Source: Acutalibacteraceae bacterium | GTDB taxonomy: Bacteria; Bacillota; Clostridia; Oscillospirales; Acutalibacteraceae | DNA length: 38,834 bases | Assembly (NCBI GenBank): GCA_045641485.1 | Contig: JAZUHA010000308.1 | Span: 1-38,834, forward strand | Direction: 5' to 3' | Shown: one piece after another, positions 1 through 9,383 of the stretch | How the letters are laid out: each line of letters opens with the position of its first letter | How positions within the stretch are numbered: position 1 is the first letter of the stretch | The notes under the pieces: generated by a model | Database searches by the model: none | Told to the model about the DNA's origin: nothing | The model's input: only the letters and a program-made list of their open reading frames with translations | Position numbers and translations under genes: made by a program

Positions 1-59
1 AATGATATAATATTAAGATGTAACATATAATATAAAAAACCGTTTTCGGAGGAATACAG

Positions 60-1409
60 ATGACAGATTATAAAGGCAAAAAAGTTCTTGTATTGGGGCT
101 TGCAAGAAGCGGTATTGCCGCAGTAAAACTTCTTACAAAACTCGGGGCTTCGGTTACCGTATCGGAATCAAAACCTTTGCATGAAATAAAAGAACTCCCG
201 TGGCTTCATGAACTCGGTGTTGAAGTAGTAAATCAGGAAAAAGAAGTATTTGAAAAAGACTATGACCTTTGCGTAAAAAACCCGGGTATAAACGGCAAAC
301 TTTGGTTTGTGCAAAGGCTTCGTGAAAGAAATATCCCCGTTATAACGGAAATCGAACTTGCGTTTTCCGTTTGCGCACCCCAGCATTTTATAGCGATAAC
401 GGGTTCCAACGGCAAAACAACCTCTGCAACTCTTTTATATGAAATAATAAATTACGCTCATCCCGGCAAAACACATCTTTCCGGCAATATAGGTATTGCA
501 CTTTGTGAAACAATACTTGAAAATAACCTCCTTACGGAAAGCGGTCATTACATCGTGCTTGAAATTTCCAATTTTCAACTTCTTGATATTGTAAATTTCC
601 GCCCCGAGATTGCCGCAATTATAAATCTTTCTCCCGACCACCTTGACTTTATGGGAAGCGAAGATGCATATTACCGTTCAAAATGCCGTATTTACGAAAA
701 TATGAAAGACGGCGACATTTTCTTAAAAAATCTTGACGATGAACTTGTGGAAGAATACACAAAACTTTTACCCGTTAAGTGCAAAACAGTAACATACAGC
801 CTTGTTGACAGCACTGCCGATTACTATGCCGATTATGAAAATGTATATTCTCACGGCAAAAAACTTTTCCCGTTAAGTATTATTAAGGTTGTGGGCAGAC
901 ATAATGCTCAGAATGTGCTTGTTTGTGTTTCGTGTGCCGAAGCACTCGGCATACCGCAGGAGGAAATAAAAAAAGCCGTTGAATCTTTCAGAGGCGTAGA
1001 ACACCGCATAGAATATGTAAGAGACCTTAACGGAATAAAATATTATAACGACTCAAAGGGTACAAATGTAGATGCCACAAAAACCGCATTAAAATCATTC
1101 AATGCCCCGGTAATTCTTCTTGCAGGCGGATTTGAAAAAGGTCTTTCGTTTGAGCCTCTTAAAGAATTTATGGGCGGCATAAAAAAACTTATTGCATACG
1201 GTGCCTGCGGAGAAAGGCTTTATAACGAACTGAATATCGACAATAAAGCCGTGCTTACCGATACGCTTGACAATGCGCTTATAAAAGCGAATGAATACGC
1301 CGAAAGCGGTGATGTTGTTCTTCTTTCCCCCACCACAAGTTCATTTGACCGGTTTTCCTGCTTTGAGGAACGGGGAGAATATTTTAAAAAGCTTGTAAAC
1401 AATCTGTAA
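60..1409 (+). CDS. murD: UDP-N-acetylmuramoyl-L-alanine--D-glutamate ligase
   Basis: 449-aa ORF; N-terminal GLARSG Rossmann motif, Mur-ligase P-loop GSNGKTT, NDSKGTN motif; GGAGG SD upstream of ATG. Confidence 0.93.
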   Translation: MTDYKGKKVLVLGLARSGIAAVKLLTKLGASVTVSESKPLHEIKELPWLHELGVEVVNQEKEVFEKDYDLCVKNPGINGKLWFVQRLRERNIPVITEIELAFSVCAPQHFIAITGSNGKTTSATLLYEIINYAHPGKTHLSGNIGIALCETILENNLLTESGHYIVLEISNFQLLDIVNFRPEIAAIINLSPDHLDFMGSEDAYYRSKCRIYENMKDGDIFLKNLDDELVEEYTKLLPVKCKTVTYSLVDSTADYYADYENVYSHGKKLFPLSIIKVVGRHNAQNVLVCVSCAEALGIPQEEIKKAVESFRGVEHRIEYVRDLNGIKYYNDSKGTNVDATKTALKSFNAPVILLAGGFEKGLSFEPLKEFMGGIKKLIAYGACGERLYNELNIDNKAVLTDTLDNALIKANEYAESGDVVLLSPTTSSFDRFSCFEERGEYFKKLVNNL

Positions 1410-1422
1410 AGGAGCGAGCATT

Positions 1423-2232
1423 TTGACTGACAAAAGCAGTCCCATAGGAATTTTTGATTCGGGACTCGGCGGACTTACATCATTAAAAGCCGTAAAATCA
1501 CTCCTGCCGCACGAAGATATTATATATTTCGGCGATACTGCAAGAGTGCCTTACGGCGACCGTTCCAAAGAAACAATTATCGAATATGTTAAAGACGATA
1601 TAAATTTTCTTTTAACTCACGGCGTTAAAGCCATAGTAATTGCCTGCAACACGGCGGACAGTATGGCAAAAGCCGAGATGAATGAGATTTATAAATTACC
1701 GATACTCGGAGTGGTAAGCCCTGCTTCCGAAGTGGCCGCAAAAGCCACAAAAAACAACAAAATCGGCGTAATAGGCACAAAAGCCACCGTAAAAAGCGGT
1801 TCTTATGAAAAACTCCTTAAGGAATACAATACGCAAGCCGAAGTTTTTTCACAAGCCTGTCCGCTTCTTGTCCCGCTTGTGGAAGACGGCAGAACGGGTG
1901 TTGACGACACCGTTACAAGAGAAGTTCTTTCGGGTTATCTTGAACCTCTTAAAGAAAAAGGAATAGATACCCTTGTTCTCGGCTGTACGCATTATCCGCT
2001 TTTAAGCGATATTATTCACGATATCATGCCCGATGTTACGCTCGTAAGTTCCGGTGCCGCCGCCGCAAATGTTTTAAAAGAAACGCTTATTTCACAAAAT
2101 CTTTTGAATGACAAAAAAGAAAAAGGAAACACGAGCTTTTTTGTAAGCGACAATGTTTCCGATTTTTGTGAAAACGGCGGTATGTTTATCGGCGAAAAAA
2201 TAACCGACAGCGTTAAATTGTATAGTTTTTAG
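1423..2232 (+). CDS. murI: glutamate racemase
   Basis: 269-aa ORF; DSGLGGLT, ACNTA and GCTHYP catalytic-cysteine motifs; TTG start preceded by AGGAG; follows murD. Confidence 0.93.
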   Translation: MTDKSSPIGIFDSGLGGLTSLKAVKSLLPHEDIIYFGDTARVPYGDRSKETIIEYVKDDINFLLTHGVKAIVIACNTADSMAKAEMNEIYKLPILGVVSPASEVAAKATKNNKIGVIGTKATVKSGSYEKLLKEYNTQAEVFSQACPLLVPLVEDGRTGVDDTVTREVLSGYLEPLKEKGIDTLVLGCTHYPLLSDIIHDIMPDVTLVSSGAAAANVLKETLISQNLLNDKKEKGNTSFFVSDNVSDFCENGGMFIGEKITDSVKLYSF

Positions 2233-2412
2233 AATTATATTTTTGTTACAAAAATTTTGTAATACTAATTCTGATTTTTTAACCTTTATGAATAATATTG
2301 ACACTTATTGTCATTTATGATAAATTATTTACAGATTTCAAAGTAATATAATAAACTGAATGTTTCTGAAACTTTGATATTTGATTTACTATAATTTATA
2401 CGGTGCAAATGT

Positions 2413-2856
2413 ATGTCAATAGATATTTTAAATGATTTACAAAACGGAAAAATTGAATGTATTTCCATTGGAAAACTCAGCGATGAGATATTCAACAGTA
2501 TAAAAGAACACGCTCCGGAGTTTTCTGACAAAATCCAAAACAGAACCGTTCTTTTTTGGAAAAACCGTATTGAACATTTAAATAAACATATAAACGATGC
2601 AAATAAATTAAGTGTTGAGGAAATACTTGCTGTTATTCCGGATATTATTAAACAACCTGATTATATAGGTGTTAAGAATAAGGATAACAAACAAAGTCTT
2701 CAATTTATCAAAAAATTGGATGCCGGTTTTTTAGTGGCAATCAGGCTGAACGATAAAGGGGATTTATCATTCAGAACTGCATATTCCGTTACCGACAGCC
2801 AAATAAAAAATTATTTAAGTAAAAAAAGTCTTTGGAAATTTACACTTGACAAATAA
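2413..2856 (+). CDS. hypothetical protein, resembles phage-Barnase-EndoU-ColicinE5/D-RelE (PBECR)-like nuclease domain
   Basis: 147-aa ORF in an AT-rich insert. Pattern WKNRIEHLNKH ... IPDIIKQPDYIGVKNKDNKQSLQFIKK ... VAIRLN ... resembles PBECR-type small nucleases from memory. Weak SD. Confidence 0.4.
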   Translation: MSIDILNDLQNGKIECISIGKLSDEIFNSIKEHAPEFSDKIQNRTVLFWKNRIEHLNKHINDANKLSVEEILAVIPDIIKQPDYIGVKNKDNKQSLQFIKKLDAGFLVAIRLNDKGDLSFRTAYSVTDSQIKNYLSKKSLWKFTLDK

Positions 2857-2885
2857 TTAAATATATTGTAGCATATAATTAATAT

Positions 2886-3001
2886 ATGGTGATTAATTCA
2901 GTTGAGGATAGAACGGGCAGCTATCACACCTGTTATACAGGCCTTAAAGAGATGCAGGGTTGCCAACCTGCCGAGTGAATTGTCACCATGTTTTTTATTT
3001 T
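2886..3001 (+). ncRNA. candidate structured small RNA of unknown class with intrinsic terminator
   Basis: 13-bp closing helix (2886-2900 / 2976-2989) encloses three hairpins (2907-2925, 2929-2941, 2954-2971) and is followed by GTTTTTTATTTTT. GC-richer than the flanks; no ORF. Confidence 0.45.
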
Positions 3002-3057
3002 TAAATATTTATTTAAACAAATATACTATTTTTCTCAGGCAAAATACTCTGTATGGC

Positions 3058-3774
3058 TCAAAGCGGCAAAAATGAACAGAGATATGTAAATAACGGCACA
3101 AGTAAAAGTGCGGGTAAAAGATTTGCAACCTTGATTTTTGTTATTCCCAAAAGGTTAAATCCGAGTGCGATAATCATAACCGAGCCGGCACAGCAAAGTT
3201 CATTTACTGCGGAAGCACTCAAAAACGAACCGAGGCACATTGAAAGAGCCACAAGACCGCCCTGAAAAACAAACACAAATAAAGCGGAAAGAAGTACGCC
3301 CGCACCGAGTGTTGCCGAAAGCATACAGGCGGAAATCATATCCATAATCGCCTTTGTGTAAATCATTTTATTGTCGCCCGAAACGCCTGCATTTACAGAG
3401 CCGACAACCGTCATGGCACCCATACAGAAAAGAAGAGAAGCCGTAATAAATCCCTCTGCCGCAGATGCTTCGCCGTCACGCTTTTTAAATTTTGCGGTAA
3501 GCTTATCTCCGAGCGAATTAAGTCGGTCATCTGTTTTCAAAAGACTGCCCAAAATATATCCGACAATAAGCGAAAGCACCATGACAAGCTGATTTTCACC
3601 TTTAAAAACACCGGTTACGCCTATTGTAAATGTACAAAGACCCATTATTTTCATTACGGAATCGGAAAATTTCTCCGGTATGCCTTTTTTCATTACAAGT
3701 CCCAGAAGACTCCCCAAAATAACCGTTGCGGTATTTACAAAAACACCGCTGAAACTAACTAATACTTTGTCCAT
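3058..3774 (-). CDS. DUF554-family (YqgA-like) integral membrane protein
   Basis: 238-aa polytopic hydrophobic ORF; N-terminus GVFVNTATVILGSLLG typical of DUF554. Confidence 0.7.
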   Translation of the reverse strand: MDKVLVSFSGVFVNTATVILGSLLGLVMKKGIPEKFSDSVMKIMGLCTFTIGVTGVFKGENQLVMVLSLIVGYILGSLLKTDDRLNSLGDKLTAKFKKRDGEASAAEGFITASLLFCMGAMTVVGSVNAGVSGDNKMIYTKAIMDMISACMLSATLGAGVLLSALFVFVFQGGLVALSMCLGSFLSASAVNELCCAGSVMIIALGFNLLGITKIKVANLLPALLLVPLFTYLCSFLPL

Positions 3775-4417
3775 TTAATTCATCCTCAAATAAATTCCAC
3801 GGATATTTTTTTATATCCGGAAAATCAAAAAAAGTTTTGTTTTCCCCGTTTGAAAGTTTAAGACTGATTTTATGTGAAAACAGTGCGGTACTTTGCGCCT
3901 TGTTATCGTGACTTCCGTATTTTCCGTCACCGCAGAGCGGCAGTTTACGGAAAGAAAACTGAACTCTTATCTGGTGGCTTCTGCCCGTATGAAGAAGTGC
4001 TTTTATGAGCGCTTTATTTTCTTTTTCTCCGATTACTTCATACGAAAGAGAGGCTTTTTTTACACCTTTTCTCATACTTTTTACGACAAAAGAGCGATTT
4101 TTTCGGCTGTCTTTAAAAAGATAATCTTCCAAAACACCGCTTTTTTCCTCGGGAATACCGTCCGTAACAAAAAGATATTCTTTCTGCAATCCTCCGTTTT
4201 GAATTTCCGAACTTAAATAAGCGGCGGATTTTTTATTTTTTGCAAAAATCATTACGCCGCCCGTGTTTGTATCAAGACGATGTACCAAAAAAGCATCTTC
4301 GTTAAGTTCTTTTTTAATAATTTCAATAATCCCGTCGGCAGTTTGTGTCTTTTCGGACGGAACACCGACAGGCTTGTTAAGCACAATTATATCTTTGTCT
4401 TCATATAAAATTTCCAT
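3755..4417 (-). CDS. RluA-family pseudouridine synthase
   Basis: 220-aa ORF; catalytic motif HRLDTNTGGVM and HQIR motif. Confidence 0.8.
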   Translation of the reverse strand: MEILYEDKDIIVLNKPVGVPSEKTQTADGIIEIIKKELNEDAFLVHRLDTNTGGVMIFAKNKKSAAYLSSEIQNGGLQKEYLFVTDGIPEEKSGVLEDYLFKDSRKNRSFVVKSMRKGVKKASLSYEVIGEKENKALIKALLHTGRSHQIRVQFSFRKLPLCGDGKYGSHDNKAQSTALFSHKISLKLSNGENKTFFDFPDIKKYPWNLFEDELNGQSIS

Positions 4418-4418
4418 T

Positions 4419-5237
4419 TTATTTGCCGAGTTCTTTTGTCCTTTTATATGCTTCGCAAACGGCGCTTATCGTATCATAACGGAAAGAGCCTTTTTCAAGT
4501 GCTTTTACGCCCTCAATGGTACTTCCCGCCGGACTGCATACATTATCTTTGAGTTTTCCCGGATGCTCGTTTTTCAAGAGCACGGTTTTTGCCGAGCCTA
4601 TAAGTGTTTCGCAGGCAAGTTTTAATGAAATATCCCTCGGCAATCCGCACGAAACACCGCCGTCTGAAAGAGCCTCGATAAACATATAAACAAATGCGGG
4701 TCCGCACCCCGATATACAACTTGCACCGTCAATTTTACTTTCCTCGATTTCGTGAAGATAACCGGACTCTTTCATCATTTTCGTAAATTCCGCTTTTTCT
4801 TCTTCACTTACACCGGAACCTGCAAAAAGCACCACACCCTCACCGACACTTACGGGAATATTCGGCATAATTCTTATTATCGGCAGATTTTCTATACCGG
4901 CTTTTTGTTTTAAAAGTTCAATACTTACGCCTGCCGCCATGGAAACTATAATAAATCTGTCTTTTCTGTTTTTTAAAACTTCCGATATTTCACCGAAAAG
5001 CCCATCTAACATCTGCGGTTTTACTCCGAGAAAAATATACTGCGCATTTTTTGCAATATCAAGGTTATCCGAAAAAACCGTACCGTATTTTCCGCTTACT
5101 TCTTCCGCTTTTTTTGTGTCGGCATCGCTTACTGCAATGCTTTTGCAGTCAACTGATTTTACTGCGGCACTCAAAAGAGCGCTTCCCATATTTCCGCAAC
5201 CTATAAAACCTATTTTCATTTTTATTTCCTCCGTCAA
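4419..5237 (-). CDS. proC: pyrroline-5-carboxylate reductase
   Basis: 272-aa ORF; GFIGCGNMG Rossmann motif, C-terminal SPAGSTIEG motif; adjacent to proA/proB. Confidence 0.9.
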   Translation of the reverse strand: MTEEIKMKIGFIGCGNMGSALLSAAVKSVDCKSIAVSDADTKKAEEVSGKYGTVFSDNLDIAKNAQYIFLGVKPQMLDGLFGEISEVLKNRKDRFIIVSMAAGVSIELLKQKAGIENLPIIRIMPNIPVSVGEGVVLFAGSGVSEEEKAEFTKMMKESGYLHEIEESKIDGASCISGCGPAFVYMFIEALSDGGVSCGLPRDISLKLACETLIGSAKTVLLKNEHPGKLKDNVCSPAGSTIEGVKALEKGSFRYDTISAVCEAYKRTKELGK

Positions 5238-6499
5238 CGGATCTGACCGTCACCTTTTACAATATATTTATAAGTCGTAAGTTCCTTTAAGCCCATAGGT
5301 CCTCTTGCATGGAGTTTTTGGGTGGAAATACCCATTTCGCAACCGAGACCGAACTCGCCGCCGTCTGTAAATCTTGTGGAAGCGTTTACATAAACCGCCG
5401 CACTGTCAACAGCAGCAGTAAAATATTTCTTTACGCTTTCGTCTTCGGTTATAACGGCATCGCTGTGCTTTGTGGAGTGCTTTCCGATATGCTCTACCGC
5501 TTCTTTTACGCCGCTTACCACGGCAACAGCCATTTTATAATCAAGAAACTCCGTATCAAAAGAATTCTCATCGGCAGGGGTTCCGCCGATAATCGAATAT
5601 GCTTTACTGTCTGTAACAAGTTCAACGGGAATAAGCCCTTTTTCTTTTCTCTCATCACAAAGTCTGTTTTTGAGAAGAGGCAAAAATTCTCCTGCTATGG
5701 TTTCATCTGCAAGCAAAACCTCTGCCGCATTGCAAACAGACGGACGGCTTGTTTTGGCATTTTCGATAATATTCAGAGCCTTATTAAAATCAGCCGTTTT
5801 TTCAACATATATATGACAAATACCCGTACCGGTTTCTATGCAAGGCACTTTGGCGTTTTCGGTGCAGGCTTTTATAAGACCTTTTCCGCCGCGGGGAATA
5901 AGTAAATCTATATATCCCACCGCTTCCATAAGTTCCCTTGCACTTTCACGGGTTGTATCCTGAACAAGATTTATAAGTTCTTTCGGCAGTGAGCATTTTT
6001 TTAAGCCCTCTCTCATAGCCTCAACTATTGTGTTTGAGGAATTAAACGCTTCTTTACCGCTTCTTAATACACATACATTTCCGCTTTTAAGACAAAGAAC
6101 GGCGGCATCCGAAGTTACATTCGGACGGCTTTCGTATATTATGGAGATAACTCCCAGCGGAACGCCCGTTTTTTCCACTACGATCCCCGACGGTCTTTCT
6201 ATTCTTTCAAGTACCTCGCCTACCGGGTCGGGAAGTGCGGCAACCTCACGAATACCGTCTGCCATACCTTTTATGCGCTCTTTTGTAAGAGTAAGGCGGT
6301 CTATCATAACATCGCTTATTTTTCCCTTTGCATTTTCAACATCAATTTTATTTGCTTCAAGTATTTTTTCGGTATTATCTGTAATAGCGTTTGCCATTTC
6401 GGTAAGCGCTTTGTTTTTTTCTTCTGAAGAAAGCGAAGCAAGAACCGCTTTTACTTCGTTTGCCGATTTTAAAATATCTTTTGTAGTCATCTTAATCAT
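5234..6499 (-). CDS. proA: glutamate-5-semialdehyde dehydrogenase (gamma-glutamyl phosphate reductase)
   Basis: 421-aa ORF; aldehyde-dehydrogenase fold with catalytic Cys in RPSVCNAAE, NASTRFTDG motif; 4-nt overlaps with proB and proC. Confidence 0.92.
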   Translation of the reverse strand: MIKMTTKDILKSANEVKAVLASLSSEEKNKALTEMANAITDNTEKILEANKIDVENAKGKISDVMIDRLTLTKERIKGMADGIREVAALPDPVGEVLERIERPSGIVVEKTGVPLGVISIIYESRPNVTSDAAVLCLKSGNVCVLRSGKEAFNSSNTIVEAMREGLKKCSLPKELINLVQDTTRESARELMEAVGYIDLLIPRGGKGLIKACTENAKVPCIETGTGICHIYVEKTADFNKALNIIENAKTSRPSVCNAAEVLLADETIAGEFLPLLKNRLCDERKEKGLIPVELVTDSKAYSIIGGTPADENSFDTEFLDYKMAVAVVSGVKEAVEHIGKHSTKHSDAVITEDESVKKYFTAAVDSAAVYVNASTRFTDGGEFGLGCEMGISTQKLHARGPMGLKELTTYKYIVKGDGQIR

Positions 6500-7266
6500 C
6501 TGCCTGTCGATATAAATTTTGTTCCGACTTTTTTATTATCCGCAATATCATATAAAACATCCGGATTTGAGCCGTTTGCAATTACAACATCGGTGCCGTT
6601 TTCCATACAAAGTTTTGCGGCGGAAATTTTTGTATTCATACCGCCCGTACCGAGCGCCGAACCTTTACCGCCTGCAAGGCTTTCTATTTCCGGAGTTATT
6701 TCGGTAACTTCGTTTATAAGTTGTGCATCGCTGTATTTATGCGGGTCTGCGGTGTAAAGCCCGTTAATATCCGAAAGCATAACAAGTAAATCCGCATTCA
6801 TACAAACGGCAACTATCGCACCCAAAGTATCGTTATCACCGACGGCAATTTCCTCGGTTGATACGGTATCGTTTTCGTTGATTACAGGCAATGCACCGAG
6901 TTCGAGAAGCCTGCTCATTGTGTTTTTAATATTTTCATATCTTTCTTTGTCCTGCAAATCGGGTCCCGTCAAAAGAATTTGCGCAACAGTATGGTTATAT
7001 TCCGAAAAAAGTTTATCGTAAGTGTACATAAGTTCGCACTGACCCACTGCGGCGGCTGCCTGTTTTGTGGGCATATCCTCAGGTCTTCCCGAAAGCGAAA
7101 GTTTGCCCACACCCATTCCTATGGCGCCCGACGAAACAAGTATAATTTCATTTCCCGCATTTTTAAGGTCGCTTATAACCTTGCAAAGTTCCTCTATATG
7201 GCGGATATTAAGATGCCCCGTTTTATGGGCAAGAGTGGAAGTACCTACTTTAACAACAATTCTCAT
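6496..7266 (-). CDS. proB: glutamate 5-kinase, short form without PUA domain
   Basis: 256-aa ORF; VVKVGTSTL, VSSGAI and GDNDTL motifs. Confidence 0.9.
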   Translation of the reverse strand: MRIVVKVGTSTLAHKTGHLNIRHIEELCKVISDLKNAGNEIILVSSGAIGMGVGKLSLSGRPEDMPTKQAAAAVGQCELMYTYDKLFSEYNHTVAQILLTGPDLQDKERYENIKNTMSRLLELGALPVINENDTVSTEEIAVGDNDTLGAIVAVCMNADLLVMLSDINGLYTADPHKYSDAQLINEVTEITPEIESLAGGKGSALGTGGMNTKISAAKLCMENGTDVVIANGSNPDVLYDIADNKKVGTKFISTGR

Positions 7267-7822
7267 TTAAAAATTCCTCGATTTTCCTTTTTAAAAGCGA
7301 TACGGGAAGCCCGACAACATTAAGGTAATCGCCGTTTATTTCTTTAATAAGCACACAGCCTTTTCCCTGTATACCGTAAGCACCGGCTTTGTCCATAGGC
7401 TCTTTTGTATCTATATATTCTTTTATTTCTTTATCGGTCAATTCGTAAAATACGACCTTTGTTTCCTGCGAAAAAGTCAGCGTTTTTTTGCCTTTAATAA
7501 GCGTTACGCCCGTATAAACGCTGTGAGTTTTTCCGGACAGAAACCGTAACATCGAAAATGCTTCGTCTTCTGTTTTCGGTTTTCCCAATATTTTGCCGTC
7601 AAGACAAACTACGGTATCTGCCGAAACCACCGTTTCTCCGTTTTCGGCTTTATCTTTTACATCATTTCCCTTTAAAAGCGAAAGATATTCCACCGTTTCT
7701 CTGCCGTTTAAATTTTCGGGTACCGTTTCTTCACAAGTTGACGGAATAACTCTTACTTCATCACTTATAAATTTAATAAGTTCTTTTCTTCTCGGTGAAG
7801 CGGATGCAAGTAAAATTTTCAT
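7250..7822 (-). CDS. maf: Maf-family nucleoside triphosphate pyrophosphatase
   Basis: 190-aa ORF; LASASPRR N-terminus, GAYGIQG motif. Confidence 0.88.
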   Translation of the reverse strand: MKILLASASPRRKELIKFISDEVRVIPSTCEETVPENLNGRETVEYLSLLKGNDVKDKAENGETVVSADTVVCLDGKILGKPKTEDEAFSMLRFLSGKTHSVYTGVTLIKGKKTLTFSQETKVVFYELTDKEIKEYIDTKEPMDKAGAYGIQGKGCVLIKEINGDYLNVVGLPVSLLKRKIEEFLNENCC

Positions 7823-7823
7823 A

Positions 7824-8696
7824 TCAGCCTAAAATCCCGTCTATTTTCTTTAACGTGTGAAGTCCCCATTCACAAGCGGTTTTTGCATCTTCGCAACCTT
7901 CAAATTCAAGAGTTACAAATCCGTCATAACCTGAATTTTTAATAACGGAAAGGCACTGAAGAACGGGAACATCACCGTGACCGAGAACTGCGCCTCTGAG
8001 GTAATTACCGCCTCTTGTTTTAAAGAAACCGTCACACGGAGCAAGCCCGTTTCCGCTTTTTATATGAAAATCCTTAACATGAACATAAGAAACAAAGTTA
8101 ATAAGCCTTGAAACAGCGGTTACGGGGTTTTCATCTGCACAAAGGAAGTTGCCTATATCAATCTGAACACCGAAATTCTTATTGCCTACGCTTCTTACTA
8201 TTTTTTCAACACGGTCACTGTCCTGACAGAAATAACCGTGGTTTTCAATCATTGTTTTAATGCCTTTCTTTTCGGCATATTCAGTTACCTGCCTGTAACC
8301 GTCTGCAATCAGGGGGAGTGCATCGTCAAAGGTTTTATACTTTTTCTCGTCACCCTTAAATCCGCTTGAAGCATCATGGCGCATACCCGTAACGCCGAGC
8401 AGAACTGCCACATCAACTTCATATTTAAGGCGTTCTATTTCCGCTTCTCTGCTTCCGTCTTTGCCGTAAAGCAGGTCTGCACCTATTGAATACTGTGTGG
8501 GAGTAATACCGACTTTTTCACATTCCTCTTTAAGTTCTTTTGCATATTCCTTTTTATCTTTGCCCTCTTCGGGGTGAATTTCGGCAAATTCTATTCCGTC
8601 AAAGCCGAGTTCCTTTGCAATATGTATTATTTCTTTTTCGGGAACGCCTTTGTTTCTTAAACTGCTGAGACTGTAACTGCTTAACGAGAATTTCAT
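7824..8696 (-). CDS. sugar phosphate isomerase/epimerase (xylose-isomerase-like TIM barrel)
   Basis: 290-aa ORF; pattern IENHG ... HVKD ... typical of the AP-endonuclease-2/xylose isomerase-like fold. Confidence 0.6.
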   Translation of the reverse strand: MKFSLSSYSLSSLRNKGVPEKEIIHIAKELGFDGIEFAEIHPEEGKDKKEYAKELKEECEKVGITPTQYSIGADLLYGKDGSREAEIERLKYEVDVAVLLGVTGMRHDASSGFKGDEKKYKTFDDALPLIADGYRQVTEYAEKKGIKTMIENHGYFCQDSDRVEKIVRSVGNKNFGVQIDIGNFLCADENPVTAVSRLINFVSYVHVKDFHIKSGNGLAPCDGFFKTRGGNYLRGAVLGHGDVPVLQCLSVIKNSGYDGFVTLEFEGCEDAKTACEWGLHTLKKIDGILG

Positions 8697-8801
8697 ATTA
8701 TCAACCTTTCCAAAATTTTATCATTGAGTACAAGCTGTATGAGTATTATACTAATAAACAGGCTTTAAAATATTTATACTTATAAGAAAAGGGGCATTTT
8801 T

Positions 8802-9383
8802 TTGAAAACCGAAGTCCTTGAAAACGGAAAAATCAAAGTCGCTTTAAGCAGTGATGATTTAAAAGAACTTCATATCACCTATGAAGATATGGACTACAAA
8901 AATGTTGAAACACGCCGTGTTATATGGAGTGTATTGGGAGAAGCCCAAACGGAACTCGGAAAAAACATAAATACCGACGGGAAAATCCTTATCGAACTCT
9001 GCCCTGCAAAAAACGGCGGTTGTTTTATGTTTTTTACGACCGCTCCGAAAGAATCGCAAAACGGCTACAAACATCTTGTTATGAAAAAATGCACCGAACC
9101 GCTTCTTTTAAAATACATAGATGAAAATGCGCTGATTGATTCATTTCGGGTTTTAAAAAACAAAACACATTTTCTTGAAAAATGGTATATTTTAAAAATA
9201 AATAACTGCTGTTACTGTGCGCTTTTTCCAAAAATATCGCACTCGGCTGAAATTTCTTATATTTTCGGAGAGTACGGAGATATAAATATATCTTCCGAAA
9301 CAGAAGTGTCTGTTATGATTGAATGCGGTCAGCTTCTTAAAGATTCTACCGCAAAATGCGTGTCTTCGGCAGAAAAAATGTAA
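8802..9383 (+). CDS. MecA-like adaptor protein
   Basis: 193-aa ORF, TTG start. N-terminal pattern (KIKVALSSDDLKELHITYEDMDY ... VIWSVLGEA) and C-terminal EYG motif resemble short clostridial MecA adaptors. Confidence 0.5.
   Translation: MKTEVLENGKIKVALSSDDLKELHITYEDMDYKNVETRRVIWSVLGEAQTELGKNINTDGKILIELCPAKNGGCFMFFTTAPKESQNGYKHLVMKKCTEPLLLKYIDENALIDSFRVLKNKTHFLEKWYILKINNCCYCALFPKISHSAEISYIFGEYGDINISSETEVSVMIECGQLLKDSTAKCVSSAEKM

Noticed and set aside
2886-2989. tRNA or tRNA-like gene (four-helix junction)
   Set aside because: The closing helix is 13 bp, not 7. There is no T-loop GTTCRANNC or D-loop consensus, the length is about 104 nt, and there is no CCA or discriminator context.
5309-5905. 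198-aa ORF antisense to proA, and similar antisense ORFs inside proB, infB, nusA, pdp, the ABC exporter and trmO
   Set aside because: They are fully nested antisense to well-supported conserved genes, with odd composition (F/C/R-rich) and no SD. They are typical shadow ORFs.
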